Shown here piece by piece: positions 17,729-24,371 of a DNA stretch of 24,371 nt (position 1 is its first letter; every line of letters begins with the position of its first letter). The stretch comes from Okeania sp. GTDB lineage: Bacteria; Cyanobacteriota; Cyanobacteriia; Cyanobacteriales; Microcoleaceae. The translations under genes were made by a program, and so were the position numbers. A model generated the notes under the pieces. That model was not told the DNA's origin. It did no database searches and saw only the letters and a program-made list of their open reading frames with translations. Location of the stretch: the NCBI RefSeq assembly GCF_035285525.1, contig NZ_JAYKGW010000195.1, forward strand, positions 1-24,371. Reading direction: 5' to 3'.

Positions 17729-17813
17729 ACAGAATTAATTGTGTATTAACTTTATTACTATATCAAGTTTAGAGACGAAATGATATACAAATAATTTTGC
17801 ATTACTACTTAGT
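17729..17813. repeat. Dispersed ~90-nt repeat, copy 2 (partner at 4785-4882)
   Basis: It has the same blocks as copy 1 (acagaattaattgtgtatt...gatatacaaataattttgc...ctacttagttt). It lies 73 nt upstream of the minus-strand DedA start codon. Confidence 0.7.
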
Positions 17814-18325
17814 TTAATCTCTCAGGAACTTCTTTATTAGTTCAATCATCTTTATCTAAAGGAGATATCTTGGGGATACGAAAATCTCATACAATTTTGA
17901 CAAAGCTACCCGACCAATTCTATATAGAAGTTCCTATATTGAGGTTAGGGGAAGTTTTGAGCTTTTCTAACAATAAAAGAAAAAAGTTATCAAAAGAATA
18001 AGGGAAATGCTAATGATTTTAGATTAGATAAATAAATAGACATCTCCAAAAATAAAAAGTAAAATCAATTCTTCCCTGTTCCCAGTTAAGTGTTCCCTCT
18101 TTGATATGGAGATATCTAATGAGTAGGAGAATTTTTGGGTTGAGATTCTGTGGTATTAATTTTCAGTTTCACAAAATATTAGAAAATTTATTACCTTTAA
18201 ATTTCCTACTTAAACAAAAGGAAAACTTAACTATTAACACTTTGGCAATCAAACAATATGTGTAACTAATTTTCGCTGACTAACTTAGATTTCTGGAATA
18301 ACATCAAAAATTTTTGATGTTATGT

Positions 18326-18621
18326 TAATTAGGGTTTGCTGATTGATCGGGAACCGTAAAAGTCTTTTAGTAGCAGGGAAAAGCCAGAATCCAGCAATCA
18401 ATCCAGCCATCCAGCAATCCAGAAGGAATAAGAATAACAGAAGAGGTGGTCAGAAAAGTTATCCCTTGATTTACGGTTCCCGAAAAATCAGCTAATTATG
18501 CTAGAAAATCCTAGACTTTTTAGCTTTCAAGACTGAAAAGCTGGTACTTTTGACCTACCTAAAAATCCTAAAAGGTTTATCTGTAAATGCTTTTATCAAT
18601 AATTCAGCCAGCTCTAATTAG
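18326..18621. mobile_element. MITE-like repeat, copy B2, with an internal GGGAACCGTAAA / TTTACGGTTCCC inverted repeat
   Basis: The left end is ttaattagggtttgctga. The reverse complement of the right end is ctaattagagctggctgaat, giving an imperfect TIR. The internal IR lies at 18349-18360 and 18470-18481. It is collinear with 8161-8410. A mini-version of the internal module is at 20693-20750. Confidence 0.7.
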
Positions 18622-18709
18622 AATCTAGAAACTATTTGTCATACTGTCATACTCCCGATTTTTTTTACTTTACGGCAAACAAAAAAAGTAAACTTCTTCT
18701 TTTCAATTA

Positions 18710-19069
18710 ATGGTGATACCTATGAAAATTCTTGATAATAATAACTATCTTATTTTTACCCCCCAACACTCCTTAAACTTAGCTGAAGCAGATAAGATGA
18801 AGAATAAATTTATATCTCTTCTAGGAAAAGGATGTAATCTTTGGATTATTGATATGAAAAATGTTCAATTTATCGATAGTTCTGGTTTAAGCGCATTAAT
18901 TATTGGTTTCAAGATAGCTCGTGAACATGGTTATCGTTTAGTTATTTGTAACTTGAGTCCCACAGTTAAGTTAGCTTTTGAGATTACTCAGTTAGATAGA
19001 GTTTTTCAAATTTTCAATAATCTTGATGATGTTTTTTCGGAGTATGAGTTAGAATTAGCAACAGCTTAG
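18710..19069 (+). CDS. STAS-domain anti-sigma-factor antagonist (SpoIIAA/RsbV-like)
   Basis: 119 aa. The characteristic phosphorylatable-serine motif FIDSSGLSALI is followed by L.ICNL.P.V...F.IT.LD.VF.IF. The true start may be the second ATG at 18722. Confidence 0.88.
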   Translation: MVIPMKILDNNNYLIFTPQHSLNLAEADKMKNKFISLLGKGCNLWIIDMKNVQFIDSSGLSALIIGFKIAREHGYRLVICNLSPTVKLAFEITQLDRVFQIFNNLDDVFSEYELELATA

Positions 19070-19184
19070 TTAATCACTTACTTAACTTTTAGCTAATTAC
19101 AGAAATTAGCACACTGATAAAATACAAAAATTATTGCTTTTTAATAGTAATAATTCTGCAAATAATAAAAAAGAAAATAACTAG

Positions 19185-19294
<110 letters not shown>

Positions 19295-19321
19295 GTAAGT
19301 TCAGTAATTTGAGAGATAATT

Positions 19322-19485
19322 AGGACTAAAGCCATGAACGCTATTGGTAGGGTGCGTTTGGCGTTCCGCAAAGCTCGGCTTTATATGTCGTCGGCTCAAG
19401 CGCCGAAACGCTACGCGGCGACATATAAAGCGCACAAGGCACAAAGCACCAATACTCCATATATAGTGCCTCCCGTGTAAGTCCT
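19322..19485 (+). repeat. Locally GC-rich structured element with AGGACT...AGTCCT ends, copy 2 (partner at 5059-5150); contains a 48-codon ORF at 19334-19480
   Basis: The ends aggactaaagccatga / gtaagtcct are shared with copy 1. A perfect 13-bp stem pairs 19378-19390 (gctttatatgtcg) with 19419-19431 (cgacatataaagc). An outer pairing joins tattggt (19342-19348) with accaata (19448-19454). GC content is visibly far above the flanks. Confidence 0.6.
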
Positions 19486-19949
19486 GATAATATTTTTAGA
19501 TAATCAGCTCAGATGCTAATTTTAATGCCAACCGAGCTGATTTTATGCTTTGTAATTAATCAAATCAGTATTTTCTGGAAATTAATTAAAACTATCGAAA
19601 TACCATTTTCAATTCTGAACTTTATACTTAATATTGACAGAGAAATATTTACTATAACTCTGACCAGAAGTAATCATTCATCTATCAGCTACGAGTTATA
19701 AACTCACTTTTATACTGAAGGAGAAATTAGCCTAATAGCGATAATTAAAATTTAGTGTTTGCCTAACATTCCGCAGAACAGAAAAAGACCATGAGCTAGC
19801 TTTAGTAAATTATTTTCAAAAGCTGAATGCTAACAACCAAAGTCAAAGTCAAAAACTTTTTTGTACATTTCTCTATCAAATTTATTACCTATTTCTTATT
19901 CCCGACTTGATAAAAAAAATCTATGAATTTTCCACCATATTTGCTAAAA

Positions 19950-20507
19950 TTAAGCATTGCCAAATGTGGGCATTTTCACAGAAGAATTAGATTGACTAGA
20001 GCCAAAAGCAGGTAAGTCCAGACCAGTTGCTCGACGATTTTTAACTGCTAAACGATAACTAACACTTTGTAACTCTGCATGAAGTTGACGGTTTTCTTTC
20101 TGCAACATTTCAACTTTTTCTAATACTTCAGCAAGTCGCTCAGAAAATTTCTGACGATAAACTTCTGGTAATTCTTGTACCACTTGTTCCAACATTTGGG
20201 AGCGGTCTGTTAATTCTTGTACAGAATGACGGAGATTATATATTTCTGCATCTCGTTCAGAAATTTGTTCTTGATAAAAAGTTACTTGTTTTTCAACATC
20301 GTTTAGCTGTTCCTTTAAACTTTGCATTTGAGACTGGAAACGTTCAGGAACAGTAGATGTTGGTACAATACTTGTATTTCCCTTAACTAAACGAAAAAGT
20401 TCTTGAGACAATTGTTGAATTAATTGGTCTCGCATTTGTAATTCTTCATTCAGACGATACACTTCAACTTGAAGTTGTTGGGAATTTAACTTTTGCATCT
20501 GATTCAC
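19950..20507 (-). CDS. Coiled-coil protein (hypothetical)
   Basis: 185 aa with a GTG start as given by the track and AGGAG ~11 nt upstream. Heptad-like Q/E/L-rich sequence runs through most of its length (LQVEVYRLNEELQMRDQLIQQLSQEL...). Confidence 0.65.
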   Translation of the reverse strand: MNQMQKLNSQQLQVEVYRLNEELQMRDQLIQQLSQELFRLVKGNTSIVPTSTVPERFQSQMQSLKEQLNDVEKQVTFYQEQISERDAEIYNLRHSVQELTDRSQMLEQVVQELPEVYRQKFSERLAEVLEKVEMLQKENRQLHAELQSVSYRLAVKNRRATGLDLPAFGSSQSNSSVKMPTFGNA

Positions 20508-20692
20508 TTTAGTTCTGCTCCTACCTAATTGTTGAGTAATTTCTTAATATGTTGTAAATTTAAAAATACTGTAGCCTTTCTGATTATAATTATAGATTAC
20601 TGGCAGTGAAAAGAGCTAGACCTCGCCCTGACTTATTAAATCTCAAAGTATTCATAAATAAATATATTAGATTTTACTACAGTCTGATTTAT

Positions 20693-20750
20693 CCGGAACC
20701 GTAAAAGTATCAACTTTGGGGATGCTCTGGTACGGTTCCCGAAAAATCAA
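20693..20750. repeat. Mini hairpin repeat (GGAACCGTA ... TACGGTTCC), related to the core of the 18326-18621 element
   Basis: ccggaaccgtaaaagtatcaactttggggatgctctggtacggttcccgaaaaatc has 9-bp arms at 20695-20703 and 20731-20739. The same flanking words (ccgtaaaagt, ggttcccgaaaaatc) occur at 18349-18365 and 18473-18490 and, in part, at 7138-7160. Confidence 0.6.
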
Positions 20751-21142
20751 AAATTGAGCATTTTAGGCTAACTAAGACAGAAAAATTAAGGAACTATTTT
20801 TTCAACCACCTCCTTGGTGATTCTCCTAAATTTTCACTCTTAACTACTCTCGACTGCTTATCTAAACAAAAAGATTTTACTCAGCCAACTCTAGATTCAA
20901 TTCCTAATGTGAATTTGATTTTTTAGTAGTTTATTATAGTAGTGCTAGACAAACTTTAACAAAACTAGGAGAGAGGACAAGATGCTTTTAGCTCTTTGAG
21001 TTAAGCCAAAACCTTAATACTTACCTAGAACCCGGGCTAATATAGGAAATTTTGTCAGAGCAAAAAACAATTATTAGGAAAATAAACCCGGTTTCTTGTC
21101 TACTAGCTAAGTAAGTCCTAAGTCTTAAAGTTTAAGATACTA

Positions 21143-21496
21143 CTATTCTACCGAAGCTAATGCTGGTTCTGATGATTCTTGACTATCTGTTTGAGCAGTT
21201 TTAGGTACTCCCTGTTTCACCGTCAAGTAGCGAATAACTTCTTCACTTAAACGCATTGCCCTTTCCAGAACTGCTATTTGATGAGGTGGACCTTGATAGT
21301 TCATCTGGATATATGTACCTTCACGATGATTATCAATCTCATAAGCTAAACGACGCTTACCACGATGTTGAATATCTAGATCATAAGCACCTTGTTCCTG
21401 TAATATATCTTTATATTTTGTAATTGTCTGCTCTACTTGCTCATCAGTCAGATCAGGACGCAAGATATACATTGTTTCGTAAATGAATGGTCTCAT
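21143..21496 (-). CDS. rpsF: 30S ribosomal protein S6
   Basis: 117 aa. [23 protein letters not shown]...RRLAYEI...GTYIQMNY matches bacterial S6, with an acidic C-terminal tail. AAGGAG lies 9 nt upstream of the ATG. Confidence 0.95.
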   Translation of the reverse strand: MRPFIYETMYILRPDLTDEQVEQTITKYKDILQEQGAYDLDIQHRGKRRLAYEIDNHREGTYIQMNYQGPPHQIAVLERAMRLSEEVIRYLTVKQGVPKTAQTDSQESSEPALASVE

Positions 21497-21614
21497 AGAA
21501 ATAATCTCCTTTTGGACTATGTGGCTTCTGCTAAAATTTAAGATTTAGAAGAAGCAAGGACATTTAACCTTACCAAATTTTTGCCAAAAATCCTAGTGCT
21601 AATATCAAAAATTT

Positions 21615-22088
21615 TTAGCGGACTTGCATATAAACAGCATCAGAGATAGTTGGTATTTCTGCGTAACGTCCCATTGCTGACTGAACTACTGTATAGATAA
21701 ATGAGGCCAAAATTCCTAAAAATATCATACTAGAAAGAGTTTCCAGAACAAATATTCCTAAAACCCCTCCCAGTGTTGATAAAATCAGACCACACAAAAT
21801 CAAAACAATGTCTAACAAAATTGCCTGCATGGTATTAAAACGAATAAAATGAGATATGTTATCATTTCTCACTACCAGTAAAAACAGAGCAAAGAAAACA
21901 ATTAACCCAAAAAAAGGTATACCTTGGTAAATCTGTAACAAAGGTGTAAGAGGAATAAAAATTAGTTGTAGGGGAGGAAACTGTTGAAATAAGTATCTCC
22001 CATATACTAATCCATCTAGTAAAGGTAATAGGTAAGGTAAACTAGCAAAAATTCGGTCGGGAATCGTTGTGGAACCGCGCCAAGTCAT
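21615..22088 (-). CDS. Tic20-family membrane protein (cyanobacterial Tic20/Ycf60-like)
   Basis: 157 aa. The N-terminal MTWRGSTTIPDRIFASLPYLLPLLDGL.YG motif and four TM helices are typical of cyanobacterial Tic20 homologues. A TAGGAGAA Shine-Dalgarno sequence lies upstream. Confidence 0.75.
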   Translation of the reverse strand: MTWRGSTTIPDRIFASLPYLLPLLDGLVYGRYLFQQFPPLQLIFIPLTPLLQIYQGIPFFGLIVFFALFLLVVRNDNISHFIRFNTMQAILLDIVLILCGLILSTLGGVLGIFVLETLSSMIFLGILASFIYTVVQSAMGRYAEIPTISDAVYMQVR

Positions 22089-22396
22089 TATAAAGTTCTC
22101 CTAAATTTAGTGATATATAAATAAATACACTTATAGATTTAGGATAGCGCATTGATAGATATATTATAGTGTCAAAATAGTTAGTCCAACTTGAAGATTT
22201 AGTCCTTAATAACTCTCAGAAAGCTCCAAATTTTGATTTATTAAATCAAACAAAAAGATTTTTCTGTATAGTAATGGTATGAAATAAAAAAAGAATATTC
22301 GGCACAGAAGTAAAACCGTTTAACTAAAGTGCTTTCAAACAAAACACTGCTAAACAATTCACCACCATTACTATGCAAGAGTACCATAAAAAGAAA

Positions 22397-22594
22397 TTAT
22401 TCTACACTGGCAATACGGAAACCCATTTGACATTCATATTGATCTGGTTGAGTATCTGTTAACTTAGGAACTGGATGACCACAACGTAGTCGATCGCCTG
22501 TCCAACGAGGTTGACCACTTTGATCTGCTAATAAACAACTTTGACAAACTCTTTGAGGAGCAATAAGTTGATTTTCCATTAAAATAACTAACAT
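22397..22594 (-). CDS. Small four-Cys hypothetical protein (possible zinc-ribbon-like)
   Basis: 65 aa. GGAGG lies 7 nt upstream of the first ATG. Cysteines are arranged CQSC...C...C, and the composition is non-repetitive. Confidence 0.55.
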   Translation of the reverse strand: MLVILMENQLIAPQRVCQSCLLADQSGQPRWTGDRLRCGHPVPKLTDTQPDQYECQMGFRIASVE

Positions 22595-22763
22595 TACTAT
22601 ACCTCCAGGAATATCTCATCTCGTATCTATATTTTAAGCTGAGACTATTGTCGAAATAAGGAAATTGCTACAGAATTTAATACTTAGGAAAGATTTTATA
22701 ATCAAATATTAGATTGATTTGTATTACTTCTTACTTTCTTCCTACTAAAGATTACCTTTTATG

Positions 22764-23088
22764 TAATTAGGGTTTGCTGAAAAACTCTGTTGGTGAAGGT
22801 ATAAAATAGGTATGGGGGAAATAGGCAATAGTTCTATATGTTAACTTTCTAGATTTTTGTAAGTTGTCTGAGTAAAAATCCAGAGTTTTAAAGATTAATT
22901 TAGTAACTTTTTGGCACTTTAGGTTAGTCTTCAAACAAGATATAGGCAGAAAAATTATCCCTTGATTTTTCTGATTTCTCGGGAACCGTGTACCTTCTTT
23001 ATAACTCTATATTCCTCTTAAGTCTTAACTACTCTATGCTCCTTACTCCCTGTATTGCCAAAAATACTTTTTCAGCAAACCCTAATTA
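22764..23088. mobile_element. MITE with perfect 21-bp terminal inverted repeats (TAATTAGGGTTTGCTGAAAAA)
   Basis: 22764-22784 taattagggtttgctgaaaaa is the exact reverse complement of 23068-23088 tttttcagcaaaccctaatta. The element is 325 bp with no ORF. Internally, attatcccttgattt...gggaaccgt is shared with the 18326-18621 element. A solo right end (ctttttcagcaaaccctaatta) lies at ~12553-12574. Confidence 0.8.
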
Positions 23089-24255
23089 ATAAGTAATACC
23101 AGCATCTTTCATTCTTTGTAATGCTTCATAAATTCTTTCTTCTTCTACTGTTAATGCTATGCGAAAAAAACCTTCTCCAAATGCACCATATCCATTTCCA
23201 GGAGGTACAATAATACCACATTTTTCTAGTAAAAGAGTGACAAATTCTTGGGATGTATAATTTTGGGGAACCGGAACCCATACATATAAACTGGCTAAAG
23301 TTGGTTTAATCGGAAAACCCAAAGATTGCAAACCTTTAATCAGAATATCTCTTCTTTTTTGATAAACTGCTACTAAACTCTGTAAGTCTTCTTCAGTAGT
23401 AGAAAAAGCAGCGATCGCCGCTTTTTGAATTGCTTTAAATACTCCAGAATCTACATTAGATTTAACTTGACTTAAACCTAAAATTCCTAAACTATTTCCT
23501 ACTACAAAACCAATACGCCATCCTGTCATATTGTAGGATTTAGATAAACTATGAAATTCAATTGCTATATCTTTCGCCCCAGGAACTTGTAAAATACTAG
23601 GAGGTTTATAACCATCATAAGCCATTTCCGAATAAGCATTGTCGTGGCATAATAATATATCATAATGCCGACAAAAATCTACCAATTCTTGAAAAAATTC
23701 TAAAGTAGCTATAGCACCCGTAGGATTATTAGGATAATTAACCCATAATAACTTAGCTTTTTCAGCTACCTCTGGAGGAATAGTTTTGATGTTTGGTAAA
23801 AATCCATTTTCTGCCCTAAGCTCCATTGGGTAAGGTTGACCCTCAGCAAAAATTGTTGAAGTACGATAAACTGGATAGCCAGGGTCAGGAATTATGGTAT
23901 AATCTCCTGGATTGACAAAGGCTAAAAAAGTATTGTGAATGGACTCTTTAGAACCTATTGAAGAAATTACTTCTGTTTCTGGGTTTAAATCATTAATACC
24001 AAACCTACGTTTCATCCAATCTGCTGCTGCTTGTCTATATTCTTTTAGACCTTTGTAGGGGGGGTAATGGTGATTTGTTGAGTCTTGAATTGCCTCATAC
24101 ATTGCCTCAAGAATGTGATTGGGTGTAGGCTGGTCTGGGTCTCCTATCCCCAAATTGATAATATCAACTCCTCTTTCTATTAATTCATTTCGTTTATGTT
24201 CAATTTTAGTAAATAGATAAGGTGGTATTTTTTCTAGTCTTTTGGCAAGCTGCAT
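23086..24255 (-). CDS. Pyridoxal-phosphate-dependent class I/II aminotransferase (LL-diaminopimelate/aspartate aminotransferase-like)
   Basis: 389 aa. It carries IINLGIGDPDQPTP, NYPNNPTGA and the PLP-lysine motif SLSKSYNMTGWRIG. Exact substrate specificity cannot be read from the sequence. Confidence 0.88.
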   Translation of the reverse strand: MQLAKRLEKIPPYLFTKIEHKRNELIERGVDIINLGIGDPDQPTPNHILEAMYEAIQDSTNHHYPPYKGLKEYRQAAADWMKRRFGINDLNPETEVISSIGSKESIHNTFLAFVNPGDYTIIPDPGYPVYRTSTIFAEGQPYPMELRAENGFLPNIKTIPPEVAEKAKLLWVNYPNNPTGAIATLEFFQELVDFCRHYDILLCHDNAYSEMAYDGYKPPSILQVPGAKDIAIEFHSLSKSYNMTGWRIGFVVGNSLGILGLSQVKSNVDSGVFKAIQKAAIAAFSTTEEDLQSLVAVYQKRRDILIKGLQSLGFPIKPTLASLYVWVPVPQNYTSQEFVTLLLEKCGIIVPPGNGYGAFGEGFFRIALTVEEERIYEALQRMKDAGITY

Positions 24256-24371
24256 TATCTAGGAATCCTTTTTTTTAGTTGTAAGATTTTGGAGGTAGTT
24301 AGGAGTTATGAGTCATAATCTTAATGGTTTTATCTGAAAATAAACTATAGCAATCCTATTTGGTTCATGTC

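Noticed and set aside
17870-18001. 43-codon ORF with AAAGGAG 5 nt upstream (…GIRKSHTILTKLPDQFYIEVPILRLGEVLSFSNNKRKKLSKE*)
   Set aside because: It has only a TTG start, very tight SD spacing and no family that I recognise. It might be a gene fragment, but the support is too weak to call.
19322-19485. Group II intron fragment, retron msr/msd or DGR template as explanations for the GC-rich structured element
   Set aside because: It is far too short for a group II intron, and I found no domain V-like sequence. No reverse transcriptase gene is in the window, and there is no adenine-biased repeat pair as in DGRs. I kept it as an unexplained structured repeat instead.
19513-19701. 62-aa plus-strand ORF from the track
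   Set aside because: It is an Ile/Leu/Phe/Asn-rich product typical of random AT-rich sequence. There is no Shine-Dalgarno sequence, and it lies in the convergent spacer between two 3' ends.

Overview
AT-rich cyanobacterial chromosome segment. Evidence for this origin: seven HIP1 octamers (GCGATCGC), psbK, ycf66-like and Tic20-like genes, and heptamer STRR-like repeats. By my tally only about 60% is coding. The rest is packed with nested MITE-like repeats, which resembles what is reported for Trichodesmium-type genomes (inference only). The left end carries the only clearly accessory module. It consists of a restriction-endonuclease-like ORF running off the window edge (absent from the ORF track), a Dam-family N6-adenine DNA methyltransferase, a decayed duplicate of the MTase/REase junction between them, and a large TPR-CHAT (caspase-like) protein. 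The remainder is mostly housekeeping or conserved cyanobacterial genes: Ycf66-like, NUDIX, M50 site-2 protease, a degenerate MBL-fold protein, GST, psbK (45 aa, missed by the ORF track), saccharopine-dehydrogenase family, DedA, a STAS anti-sigma antagonist, a coiled-coil protein, rpsF, Tic20-like and a class I/II aminotransferase. I saw no tRNA, rRNA or CRISPR array. The points most worth a second look are the R-M relic architecture and a pure (CTAA)~27 microsatellite. Just downstream of that microsatellite sits a locally GC-rich, strongly structured element that shares conserved ends but not its core with a second copy. Also notable are a MITE family with TTAGGGTTTGCTGAAAAA termini, and repeat termini that coincide with stop codons. 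I did not find a convincing complete novel multi-gene system.
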